Shown here in pieces: positions 9,666-18,680 of a stretch of DNA of 64,000 bases; positions within the stretch are counted from its first letter, which is position 1, and every line of letters starts with the position of its first letter. The notes beneath the pieces are model-generated. The model did no database searches. It had not been told where the DNA came from and saw only the letters and a program-made list of their open reading frames with translations. Position numbers and translations under genes: made by a program. The stretch spans positions 384,001-448,000 of the forward strand of contig JANRKS010000032.1 in assembly GCA_033763315.1 (NCBI GenBank), read 5' to 3'. The stretch is from Deltaproteobacteria bacterium. GTDB lineage: Bacteria > Myxococcota_A > Polyangia > Fen-1088.

Positions 9666-11669
9666 CTAGCGAGAGAGGGATTGCGAAGGCGTCAAAAGCA
9701 GGCAACTCTGCACCGTGCCGATCAGGCCGCACGTCGTGCCTTGTGCCAGATTGGGGTTCGTCTGTTCGTCCGAGTACCAGATGTTTGTAGGGACGCGGCA
9801 CTCCGCCGCAGAGGGTGAACAACTGCGCGAACACGTTGACGTTTCGCTGGAGCAGGCGTAGCCAGGCATGAACTTTCCCCCGCACCGGCTATCAAGGGGG
9901 ATGCTGAGGGACTTTGTTGTTCCTCCAGCCTCAACAGGGGCTGTGATCGCCGATCCAGCTTCGTAGTTGATACCATTGGCGTTGCACGAGAACACGCATC
10001 GGCCGACGCCGGTCTCGTCTGCCGCACAGACATATATGGGGCCATCACGCTGAATCAGTCTCTGGGATTTCATAACCAGCTGACGTTGCGCTTCCAGCAG
10101 CTCTTCACCAACCTTCGATTTCAACTGTTCGAGTTCAGCCGGCGTTGCATTGCCGTTCACGAACCATTTCTCTACAACGTCTGTCTTCTCCACCCCTGCC
10201 TCTGACGTCTCTACAAATCCTCGACACTGCGCAATGGCGGGGCCGCAAAGGGCGTTGTACCGAACTCGCTTTGCGGCACAGAATGGGATCTGCGTGCCGT
10301 TGAAGAGACCACACTCCATGCCAATGCTTGCACACGGATCCGCGCCTCTGGTAGCGTTATCGCAACCGACCAGAGTGCTTGCCAGACCCACGTTCCTCAG
10401 CACGAGGTCCTTGCGTGGGGACAAACGACTCGCAGAAATGTTGCGCGGATCAAGGAGGCCGGATTCCCTCAAGGTTCTTTCTGTTGCCGCTTCGACACTC
10501 ACAATGTCCATTTCCAAATTCCACAGCCACCGAATCGGACGGTAGCCTGGAGCATCCGTCTTCTTCCGACGTGGCGCCGGCCCCGCCAACATCGATAGTT
10601 CGTCATAATACTTCTCGAGATCGAAAAACATCGCGTGCGGCACAATCATCAGACCCACCGGCGCCACTAGCGCATGCGTTTGACCGGCGGGCGCGGGCAC
10701 AACGTCGATGTCGAAGGTCTGCACGCGCCGATCGTCCTGCGCACTGTCGAACAGGCGGTACTTGTCTTGCTCGGCCGTGGCGCCAGCGATGGTTTCGCCC
10801 AGCGTTTCCCATCCGTTGACCAGCAAACAATCCACGCGCTTCTTACGATGCCACAATTCAATTTGTGGCTGCGGGATGCGGCGATCGCCCACGGCATACG
10901 CTGAGATTGTGGGCACCACGTAGGCTCGCGCGTCCACGATGGGGCAATTGATGGCAAACCCTGAAGGCTCTATCTTGATCCCCGATGTGGCCGCCGACGC
11001 CGCCGCCAATAAACTGGGAACGTCCTTGACTGAATCAGGATCAAACCCGTTGGGCACGCGCACCTTCACCACTTCCCACAGCCCTGAATACTTCTCGCCA
11101 CGCACATCGGCGCCGCCCGGCAACACATCCACCAACGGCCGCTGGTAATCCGCTGAACCGCGGCGTTCGTCGAGCCAGAGGTCTTCTTCGCGGTCTTCTT
11201 GCTTGGCTTGCAAGCGAGCAAAGCCATCCACGGCGCGCACATCTTTGCCACCTTTCATGAAGAACTGCCCCGTGGCCGTGTTCTTCTCAGGTTTCGCAAA
11301 CAAGGGCTCGCCCTTTTCGGTGAAGAAGAAGTACATCGGGAACACCGGAGCCGCGCCGGCCGTGCGGCCCGCAAGCGCTTCGGCGGCGTTGGGCATATTG
11401 CCCTTCACGAAGTTCACATTGCCGAAGTCATAAAACGTGGCGCCTTCGCCGCGCAAAAAGGCCGGCTTCGGTTTGATGATGTTGCGGCCGCCGAGATCGA
11501 CAAATAGCGAATGGGCCACGCCTCCATCGCCGCTTTCCAAGGCGTCAACGTCGGCGCCGGCATCGTCGGGCGTGCCACCGCCCACTTGCAGATCGCCGCA
11601 GCTCGTGAGTGCCACCGCTGTACATAGCCACAGGCGCGTGCGCCGCTTCCATCGTTGATGTTCTTGCAT
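9666..11669 (-). CDS. Cys-rich lipoprotein of unknown function
   Basis: Lipobox ALTSC; two loosely related segments (PG..KYSGLWEVVKV..NCPIV and PGYRPIRWLWNL); Cys-rich C-terminus; GGAG before ATG 11669. Confidence 0.75.
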   Translation of the reverse strand: MQEHQRWKRRTRLWLCTAVALTSCGDLQVGGGTPDDAGADVDALESGDGGVAHSLFVDLGGRNIIKPKPAFLRGEGATFYDFGNVNFVKGNMPNAAEALAGRTAGAAPVFPMYFFFTEKGEPLFAKPEKNTATGQFFMKGGKDVRAVDGFARLQAKQEDREEDLWLDERRGSADYQRPLVDVLPGGADVRGEKYSGLWEVVKVRVPNGFDPDSVKDVPSLLAAASAATSGIKIEPSGFAINCPIVDARAYVVPTISAYAVGDRRIPQPQIELWHRKKRVDCLLVNGWETLGETIAGATAEQDKYRLFDSAQDDRRVQTFDIDVVPAPAGQTHALVAPVGLMIVPHAMFFDLEKYYDELSMLAGPAPRRKKTDAPGYRPIRWLWNLEMDIVSVEAATERTLRESGLLDPRNISASRLSPRKDLVLRNVGLASTLVGCDNATRGADPCASIGMECGLFNGTQIPFCAAKRVRYNALCGPAIAQCRGFVETSEAGVEKTDVVEKWFVNGNATPAELEQLKSKVGEELLEAQRQLVMKSQRLIQRDGPIYVCAADETGVGRCVFSCNANGINYEAGSAITAPVEAGGTTKSLSIPLDSRCGGKFMPGYACSSETSTCSRSCSPSAAECRVPTNIWYSDEQTNPNLAQGTTCGLIGTVQSCLLLTPSQSLSR

Positions 11670-11702
11670 GTTGAATCTCCGCGTTCTGTCTTGACGCTTT
11701 GA

Positions 11703-11736
11703 CTTGTTCCCGCAGGTCGTGCGGAAGTTACAGCGC
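11703..11736 (-). promoter_or_regulatory. Putative ECF sigma promoter, copy 1 (upstream of the lipoprotein and MYXO-CTERM genes)
   Basis: Minus strand GCGCTGTAA-CTTCCGCACGAC-CTGCGGGAACAAG; outer blocks and 12-nt spacer length identical to the copy at 14192-14225. Confidence 0.75.
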
Positions 11737-12579
11737 AAACGCAAAGCCCAACGTCATCGTGGTGATGACGTTGGCGATCTCTGTCGTCATGCGATCGCTG
11801 CTTGTCACCAAGACCACGTCAGGCGCAAAAGGCCACGCGTTCAGGCGCAGATCCACAAAAAACGGCAATTTGCCCTTCCCTTGCCCACGCACCCCCGCTT
11901 GGGCTCCCCACGCTGCCGACCAATCCCGTTGCGCGTTTGGAACGCCCACACCTTTGGCCGTAAAAACGGACGCCGTCAGCCCAACATCGGCCTGCAACGC
12001 AAACCGACGAAACATGTTCTGCCACAAAACCGCAGGCGCGAGCTGCGTCGCCATCCAACGCGCTTCACCTTCACCCACGGCCACGGTGCGCGTCCCGCTT
12101 ATGGCCAACATCACGCGTGCGCCCCAGTGCCCGCCGGCGCCGATCCTCGTGACATCGCCGAGCGCAGCGGCAGCCACGCCATTTTCATCGAACGCCAGTC
12201 CAGGCCCGAGGCCCACCCACCACGCGCCGACGGGCGGCGGCGGCGGCAAAGGCTTCGCTTGCAGTTGTACGTCCACAGGTGGCAACGCCAAGGCTTCTGG
12301 TGATGCGAGCCAAGCCGCCAGCACAACACCTGCGCGCACAGCTTGTTCTTCGCAGCTGCCCTGCGCAGGCAAGATGCGCGTGCGCGATTGCCCCAAGGGA
12401 TCTGTGAAGGTCATCGCCACACCTTCTGATGCGGGCGACAAATGCAGGTGCCCTTCGGTGGTTTCGTTGGTCACCGACTCAGCGAGCACCGTGGATACCA
12501 GTGCGGGGCTGGGGCAATCGGTCTGCCCTGAAACAATCACGTCGCCGTTGAGCAGCGGCAGAAGCCAAAGAATCATCAT
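11728..12579 (-). CDS. Hypothetical exported protein; C-terminal part looks like an outer-membrane beta-barrel
   Basis: N-terminal CPSP..C domain, Pro linker, amphipathic Gly/aromatic-rich strands, ends LGFAFAL; ATGA overlap with the upstream gene. Confidence 0.6.
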   Translation of the reverse strand: MMILWLLPLLNGDVIVSGQTDCPSPALVSTVLAESVTNETTEGHLHLSPASEGVAMTFTDPLGQSRTRILPAQGSCEEQAVRAGVVLAAWLASPEALALPPVDVQLQAKPLPPPPPVGAWWVGLGPGLAFDENGVAAAALGDVTRIGAGGHWGARVMLAISGTRTVAVGEGEARWMATQLAPAVLWQNMFRRFALQADVGLTASVFTAKGVGVPNAQRDWSAAWGAQAGVRGQGKGKLPFFVDLRLNAWPFAPDVVLVTSSDRMTTEIANVITTMTLGFAFAL

Positions 12580-13619
12580 GGGGAGTTTTCGGTTTCGTTC
12601 GTGCCTCCCAACGCACGTCGCACGCTTTGCGCAAAGCGCCCGTGGGGGAAGCGTGTTTGATAATCCAAGTACACGCGGCGTGCCGCGGCAGAATCCCCAA
12701 GTTCTGCAAGACACACTCCCTCACCGTATAACACCCGTTCTTGTTGTAAAGGACGAAGTGCCGCCCCACGAATCTGTTGCAACGCGGCCATCGCTTCCTT
12801 GCATTGATGGCCCGCAGCCAGAAGTTCTGCGCGTAACAACGCAAGTTCGATCGGCAGGCTTCGCTTGTGTGCCACGGCATTCAATGCCTCCAAGGCTTCC
12901 GAACGCTGACCCAACGCCAAGAGCGCTTCGGCGCTGAGCATCTTTGCTTCATAAGCGAGATCGCTGTCTGCGTAAACGCGTTCAAACTCTTTCAACATAT
13001 CAAGCGCCACCGCGGGCCTGCGCTCCACGCGCAACGACCGCACCGCTTCACGCAGCAGTTGAGCCTCGGCAGACGGCGGAAGCGCCCACGCGGTCGTGTC
13101 TCCCACTGTCGGCGCAACGGCGTCAGTCGGTTCTGCGGGTGGCTCGGGCGGCATCTTGATTTCTGTTGCAGCGCGCTTGGCAAACGCCAAACGTTTCTGC
13201 GGAACAACGACCTCCGGTCGAACCTCAGGAGCGCTGGGGGGTTCAGCCTTCTCCTGAGGTTCCACCGTTGGTCTGAGATCTTGCTTCGGCGTCGCCGGCT
13301 TTGGCTTTTGCGGCAGCGGCGCCATGTGCGGAGCGCGCTCGTGCGCGAACCAATGTCCGCCGATGATTGCTGTTGTGGCCGCGCCCACCGTCATGCCCAG
13401 CAGCAGCACCGGCAGCGAAGTCAGCGCGGGAATAAGGCGTCGCAAAGCCGATCGTCTGTGAATGGCACGCGTGCGACGCAACAGAAGCTCCACCTGTGCG
13501 TCGTGGAATCGGGGTTGCGGGCCGGCGGCACGAAACAGATCACCGGCACGGACGCCAGAAGCGTCGAAGTCGGGAGGAACGTCGCGCAGGCGCACGGGAT
13601 CTTGGATGGGCCTACTCAT
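12576..13619 (-). CDS. Putative membrane anti-sigma factor with periplasmic TPR domain
   Basis: Directly after the ECF sigma; one TM, Pro/Lys/Glu linker, TPR-like tail (AEAQLLREA..YLDYQTRFPHGRF). Confidence 0.7.
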   Translation of the reverse strand: MSRPIQDPVRLRDVPPDFDASGVRAGDLFRAAGPQPRFHDAQVELLLRRTRAIHRRSALRRLIPALTSLPVLLLGMTVGAATTAIIGGHWFAHERAPHMAPLPQKPKPATPKQDLRPTVEPQEKAEPPSAPEVRPEVVVPQKRLAFAKRAATEIKMPPEPPAEPTDAVAPTVGDTTAWALPPSAEAQLLREAVRSLRVERRPAVALDMLKEFERVYADSDLAYEAKMLSAEALLALGQRSEALEALNAVAHKRSLPIELALLRAELLAAGHQCKEAMAALQQIRGAALRPLQQERVLYGEGVCLAELGDSAAARRVYLDYQTRFPHGRFAQSVRRALGGTNETENSP

Positions 13620-14178
13620 GGGATGCGCCTTTGCTGCCGCTTTGCAGTTGCGATAACTCGACGAAAAGTTGTGCGCGCCCCCGGTGCAGTCGCACCCGCA
13701 CATTGTTGGGTGTGCAGCCCAAGAGCAACCCGATCGCCTCGGTTTCCATGCCCTCAAGCTCGAACAAGATCAAAGGGGTACGGTGCTTTTCAGGCAAACG
13801 ATCGAGCGCCTTGTAGAGCAAGCGCACCTTCTCCTGCCGTTCAAGATCCTCGCCAGGGCCGCGAATGTGAGCGACATGATCGGGCTCATGCTCGCTGCGT
13901 TTGAGCCAGCGACGGAAGCGGCCCTCCGACCGGCGCCGTTTCAAGATAACCTTCTCAGTGATGCGAAACAGCCAGGTTCCAAGCTTGGCATCGCCGCGAA
14001 AGGCGCTACGCCCCTTCCACGCGGCGATGAGCACCTCTTGCACGAGATCTTCCGCATCGCACCCTGGGCCTGCCAATCGTCTCACCCAGCCTTCAATGCG
14101 ACGCACGTCCTCCGCGCCCAGGGCGTCGGATTCGCCGGCTTTGGGCTCGGCTGGCAGGGCAGGGGACAGGCGCAGCAT
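13612..14178 (-). CDS. ECF sigma-70 factor
   Basis: Region 2 DAEDLVQEVLI..FRGDAKLGTWLFRI; region 4 LDRLPEKHRTPLILFELEGM..VRVRLHRGR. Confidence 0.93.
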   Translation of the reverse strand: MLRLSPALPAEPKAGESDALGAEDVRRIEGWVRRLAGPGCDAEDLVQEVLIAAWKGRSAFRGDAKLGTWLFRITEKVILKRRRSEGRFRRWLKRSEHEPDHVAHIRGPGEDLERQEKVRLLYKALDRLPEKHRTPLILFELEGMETEAIGLLLGCTPNNVRVRLHRGRAQLFVELSQLQSGSKGASHE

Positions 14179-14191
14179 CGGAAGTGAAAGG

Positions 14192-14225
14192 CTTGTTCCC
14201 GCAGCCTGTCGCAGAATTACAGCGC
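14192..14225 (-). promoter_or_regulatory. Putative autoregulatory ECF promoter, copy 2
   Basis: Minus strand GCGCTGTAA-TTCTGCGACAGG-CTGCGGGAACAAG ending 13 nt before the sigma ATG. Confidence 0.75.
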
Positions 14226-14378
14226 GCGGAAGAAGGATCGTCGATTTTCAGCCAGGCCGCCCGTGTGATGGCGGCTACCCCGGGAGGGCGCACGCACAAG
14301 GCCCCTCTGGCGCGTCTGGCTGCGGCATGTTCAAGTGCAGCTGCCCCCAACATCCTCATTTAGCCGGAGTGTTTCTTG

Positions 14379-15551
14379 ATGCGTCGTATCTCCTCGTTTC
14401 TCCTTCTAGGCGTACTGTCTCTGTGCGCAGGAACGGCCTCATCCGCAGACCTTGCCACCACACCACCCATGGGCTGGAACAGTTGGAACAAGTTCGCCTG
14501 CAACGTGAGCGAAGACTTGATCAAGGGTGCCGCAGACGCGCTCGTGTCCAGTGGCATGAAAGACGCGGGCTACAACTACATCGTGATTGATGACTGCTGG
14601 CAGATCTCCCGCGACGCCAAAGGCAAGATTGTGGCGGATCCCAAGCGCTTCCCCGCCGGCATCAAAGCGTTGGCGGATTACGTGCACGGCAAAGGCTTGA
14701 AGTTCGGCATCTACTCAGATGCGGGCACCCAAACGTGCGCCAAGCGGCCGGGATCCAAAGGGCACGAAGCGCTGGACGCCAAGACGTATGCCGAATGGGG
14801 CGTTGACTACGTGAAGTACGACTGGTGCAACACCCCAGGGCAAGACACGCGCGATGCTTACGCGCGCATGAGCCAAGCGCTGAGCGCATCGGGCCGCCCC
14901 ATGGTGTTTTCGATTTGCGAGTGGGGCTCAACGCAACCGTGGTTATGGGCGCAAGGGGTGGGGCACTTGTGGCGCACCACGGGAGACATTCAAGATTGTT
15001 GGGATTGCGCGCGCAGCTGGGGCGGCATGGGCATCACGCACATCATCGATCAAATGGCGGAGCTGCATCCCTTTGCTGGGCCGGGGCACTGGAATGATCC
15101 CGATATGCTTGAAGTGGGCAATGGCGGATTGAGCGCCATCGAAAACCGATCGCACTTTAGCTTTTGGGCACTGTTCGCTGCACCGTTGATCGCAGGCAAC
15201 GACCTGCAAAACATGACGCCCGAGGTTCGCGCGATCCTCACGAACAAGGAGGTCATCGCCGTGAACCAAGACGCTCTCGGTATGCAAGGGCGCAAAGTGT
15301 GGGACGACGGGCCGGGTGAAGTGTGGATTAAGCCTTTGGTCAACGGCGCCCGTGCGGTAATTCTGTTTAACCGCGGCACAGAAGCGCGCAAGCTCACGGC
15401 CACGTGGCAAAGCCTTGGCCTGTTTCCGGCGGGCAAAGCGGTGGTGCGCGACTTATGGACGCAAGCTGACGTGGGCACGATGACCGAGAAGTTTTCGGCC
15501 CAAGTCGAACCGCACGGCGTGGTGATGGTGACAATCAAGCCGAAGCCATAG
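14379..15551 (+). CDS. Alpha-galactosidase, GH27
   Basis: Signal peptide; TPPMGWNSWN, IDDCW, VKYDWC, WRTTGDI, WNDPDMLEVGN. Confidence 0.95.
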   Translation: MRRISSFLLLGVLSLCAGTASSADLATTPPMGWNSWNKFACNVSEDLIKGAADALVSSGMKDAGYNYIVIDDCWQISRDAKGKIVADPKRFPAGIKALADYVHGKGLKFGIYSDAGTQTCAKRPGSKGHEALDAKTYAEWGVDYVKYDWCNTPGQDTRDAYARMSQALSASGRPMVFSICEWGSTQPWLWAQGVGHLWRTTGDIQDCWDCARSWGGMGITHIIDQMAELHPFAGPGHWNDPDMLEVGNGGLSAIENRSHFSFWALFAAPLIAGNDLQNMTPEVRAILTNKEVIAVNQDALGMQGRKVWDDGPGEVWIKPLVNGARAVILFNRGTEARKLTATWQSLGLFPAGKAVVRDLWTQADVGTMTEKFSAQVEPHGVVMVTIKPKP

Positions 15552-15553
15552 CG

Positions 15554-16771
15554 CTACGGCAGGTCGCGAACGCAACGGAAACCAACCGCATCCCAGGTAT
15601 CAAAACCGTCATATTCGTAGACGCTAAAATCGAACATGGCGTTCCATCCGCGCATCAAGGCCTTTGAATCTCGATATTCCTTTTTTGCAGTAAACTCGCC
15701 GAAGCCACGATCGCGGTTGGCGCCGATCCATCGCGTTCCGTTCCACGTCGAGGCCGCGGGCAAGATAAACTTTGGATCAAGAGCAATAAAGCGCGGTGGC
15801 ATTTGTGTGTCGGTTTTGGAGCGTGCCAAAACTTGCACAAATTCGGCGCTGTCGAACTGATAGACGAGCGCTTCGCTGGAATCCGTGCCGTCGCCCGCCT
15901 GCACGCTCAGAAGCACGCTGTTGCTGTCCTTCTTCACCTCTAACCATTCAGCGAAATTATTGAAGTCCCATATCACCTCGCCGTTAATTAACGTGAGTGC
16001 CCGACGTTTCTCACCACCTTGGCCCCAAGGTGTGGCCTCTGTGGCGCCTGTGTCGCTATAGGGATTTGAAGTGTTGCTTACAGCCACACCGCCAAAGCCA
16101 GTTGGTAAGTTCCCCATGCCCCGAGCACAGCCACTCCACGTCCAGCTCGCGGCTTCCAACTGCAGCGCGATCGTCATCCACTCGTCGTTGGTCATCAAGT
16201 GGTAGCCTGCTCCCAAAGCCGCGCATTGTGCCTTGGCCTGCTTCTGGCTGATAAAACGCCAAGGCCTTCCGTCGGGCCGTGATTCTGGATGGTGCTCCGT
16301 CAGTGACAGCTGTTCAGGCTTTCCGTCGGCTCGCCCCTCCAAAACAACTTCGCCCTTGCTGTTCACAGCCTTCATTTCAAATTTCGGCACGCAGAAATCA
16401 CGATCCACCTGTCCAATGCCCGTTGATGATTTACCTGGGACCAATGCGTATTGCGCAGGGCAACCAGCGTTGGTCGCAAGCAAAGGAATTTCCTTGGGTG
16501 GCGAGCAGGGGTCAGTCGGTGCGGTGTCGGGCACGTTTGCAACCACGGCGTCGTCGACGGTGTTGCGCATGTCGATGCTGCGCGTGTCATCAAGAGACGC
16601 GTCGGTCAGTGCTGCCCCGGCATCCGTGACTTCGCCTGGGCGTGCGACCAGCTCGTATCCCAACCGACCGCACGAGACGAACGCGATGCCAAGAAGGACC
16701 CAAGGAAGGTGGTGAAGGATTGGACGGCTCACGTGTTCTCGCAGGCGCAAGATGCGCACATCGAAAATCAT
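15554..16771 (-). CDS. Lipoprotein with FGE-sulfatase-like C-type lectin fold domain
   Basis: Lipobox FVSCGRLGY; FCVPKFEMK, PWRFISQKQAKAQC, HLMTNDEW, NGEVIWD..EW, terminal VGFRCVR. Start uncertain. Confidence 0.75.
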   Translation of the reverse strand: MIFDVRILRLREHVSRPILHHLPWVLLGIAFVSCGRLGYELVARPGEVTDAGAALTDASLDDTRSIDMRNTVDDAVVANVPDTAPTDPCSPPKEIPLLATNAGCPAQYALVPGKSSTGIGQVDRDFCVPKFEMKAVNSKGEVVLEGRADGKPEQLSLTEHHPESRPDGRPWRFISQKQAKAQCAALGAGYHLMTNDEWMTIALQLEAASWTWSGCARGMGNLPTGFGGVAVSNTSNPYSDTGATEATPWGQGGEKRRALTLINGEVIWDFNNFAEWLEVKKDSNSVLLSVQAGDGTDSSEALVYQFDSAEFVQVLARSKTDTQMPPRFIALDPKFILPAASTWNGTRWIGANRDRGFGEFTAKKEYRDSKALMRGWNAMFDFSVYEYDGFDTWDAVGFRCVRDLP

Positions 16772-16818
16772 CGGCAGGAGCGCCTCTGCGCTTTAATCTC
16801 GTGGTCGCCTATTGCAAA

Positions 16819-17295
16819 TCAGCGAGTGCGCTTTAGCGACGTGAGTAGGTCTTTTTTTGCTTCGCGCGCACCTTGCGCCGCGAGTTCGTCAGCGCGCGCG
16901 TTCCCCGCGTTGCCGTTGTGTGCGCGAATCCATTGCCAGCGGACCACAATCTGTCTTCTGTGGATGCACGCAGCAATGCGCCTTACGCTCGCCGCGATAA
17001 GCGGGTCCACCTTCGCAAAATCACTTTGGCGCCAGGTGTCCAGGTTCTTCGTCATGTTCTGCACAAGTGGCAGGTTGTCGGAAAAGACAACCACCGCCGC
17101 GTGATCAGGCAGCACCGATAACGCTTCTGCCACCGCCTGGTACTCCATAATCTTGGCGAGCGTGCCTATTGCTTTGCCGTAGCCCTCGACCGGTAACCCC
17201 GCTGGCGGCTCGATCCTAAAGCCCCGTCCCCCTGGTGCGCCCTCGCTGGCCTTGCACGACCCGTCCGTGTAACACAGGTATTCGACGCGCGTCAC
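16819..17295 (-). CDS. rnhA: Ribonuclease HI-family protein (divergent)
   Basis: YTDGS, E in IMEY, SD, WQWIRAHNGNAGNARADELA; GTG 17295 lies 6 nt after TATCCT. Confidence 0.8.
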   Translation of the reverse strand: MTRVEYLCYTDGSCKASEGAPGGRGFRIEPPAGLPVEGYGKAIGTLAKIMEYQAVAEALSVLPDHAAVVVFSDNLPLVQNMTKNLDTWRQSDFAKVDPLIAASVRRIAACIHRRQIVVRWQWIRAHNGNAGNARADELAAQGAREAKKDLLTSLKRTR

Positions 17296-17364
17296 TTCAC
17301 CAGGATAGGTTACAAACCGAATGGCGTGCAACCAAATGCGCGACGCAGGACTCGGGGCAATCCG

Positions 17365-18162
17365 TTAACGCTTACCAAACCGCGGTACCCGCTTCGCGGT
17401 AAACGCTGCGTAGCCTTCTTGAAAATCTGGCTCCTGCATGCACTCGACTTGCGCCGTCATCTCAGCGGCGGCGTGTTCATCAAATCCACGCACCCACGTG
17501 TCGTTGAGCAAGATCTTTGTACGCTTTGTGGCTTCTGGCGGTGTCTGCAGCAGTTGCTCCACCAACGCGTCCGTCCGCTGACGCAGCTCTGGCTCGCTCG
17601 CCACGACGTTCACCAAGCCGATCGCAAGCGCGTCGCGTGCATCAATGAAACTGCCCAGCAGCAGCAACTCTGCAGCCCTCCCGTGCCCCACCAAGCGTGG
17701 CAGCAACCAGGACACGCCCATATCGCCTGCGCACAAGCCAACTTTAGGGAACACAAACCCCAACCGTGCGCGATCGCTTGCCACCCGCAGATCAGTCGCC
17801 AAGGCCAAAGCTGCGCCGCCCCCCACCGCGACGCCATCGATCGCAGCCACGATGATCTGCGGCGCCGCGCGCATGGCCTGCACTGTAGACATCGTCAACT
17901 CGTTGAACTGGCGCAGCTCTTCTGCGCCCGCGTTTACCAAGCGGCCGATGATGTCTTTGACGTGACCCCCGGAACAAAAGTTCCTGTTGGCGCCAGTCAA
18001 AACCACTACGCGCAATCGTTCATCTAGCGCCACCGCACGAAAGCCGTCGCGCAGCTCTTCGTACGTTCCGATGGTCAGGGCGTTCTTGTGTGGCGCATCT
18101 AGTGTGAAGGTCACAACACCATCACCGTTCGCTTCACAGCGGAAGTGTCGCGGCGCAAACAT
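17365..18162 (-). CDS. Enoyl-CoA hydratase/isomerase family protein
   Basis: FCSGG, AAIDGVAVGGGAALALATD, DFQEGYAAF. Confidence 0.9.
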   Translation of the reverse strand: MFAPRHFRCEANGDGVVTFTLDAPHKNALTIGTYEELRDGFRAVALDERLRVVVLTGANRNFCSGGHVKDIIGRLVNAGAEELRQFNELTMSTVQAMRAAPQIIVAAIDGVAVGGGAALALATDLRVASDRARLGFVFPKVGLCAGDMGVSWLLPRLVGHGRAAELLLLGSFIDARDALAIGLVNVVASEPELRQRTDALVEQLLQTPPEATKRTKILLNDTWVRGFDEHAAAEMTAQVECMQEPDFQEGYAAFTAKRVPRFGKR

Positions 18163-18163
18163 C

Positions 18164-18556
18164 TTAGGGGATCACGGCCAAGCCTTGGATCTCAACCACG
18201 GCTTCAGCATCGATCAAGCCTTTGACTTCCACCAAGGCCATCGCGGGATAGTGCGAGCCGAATACGTCCCTCCACACTTGCCCCACTTCTTCGGTGGCGA
18301 AATGGTATTGACGTTGGTCCGTCACGAAGATGGTCAGCGAAATGACGTCGGTGGCTTGGCCCCCCGCGGCCTTGACCACTGACAGAACGTTCGCCAACGC
18401 TTGTGCGAACTGCGCGGCGAAGCCACGGCTGACTTCCATCTTCGGCGGCTTGCCCCCTATCTGCCCCGCAATCGCCAACACGCGGCCCGTAGCCGCCACC
18501 CCGTGCGCGTACCCTTTGGGACGCGACCAACCCTTCGGCAAAATCACTTCGGACAT
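18164..18556 (-). CDS. RidA/YjgF-family protein
   Basis: PKGYAHG, IAGQIG, YPAMALVEV, VEIQG. Confidence 0.9.
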   Translation of the reverse strand: MSEVILPKGWSRPKGYAHGVAATGRVLAIAGQIGGKPPKMEVSRGFAAQFAQALANVLSVVKAAGGQATDVISLTIFVTDQRQYHFATEEVGQVWRDVFGSHYPAMALVEVKGLIDAEAVVEIQGLAVIP

Positions 18557-18680
18557 GTTGCCCCTGTTTATCGGAAAGGCGCGCGCCCGTCGATGTGGGC
18601 CTGCGTGCCGGCTTGCAAATCGACGCCTTGGCGCAGAAAAAACCTCGCTCTCAGACGTTCCGGCACCTTAGTGATTTGGT

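Noticed and set aside
15554-17331. Complete diversity-generating retroelement or retron around the lectin-fold gene and RNase H
   Set aside because: No reverse transcriptase ORF and no template repeat were found by eye in the window.
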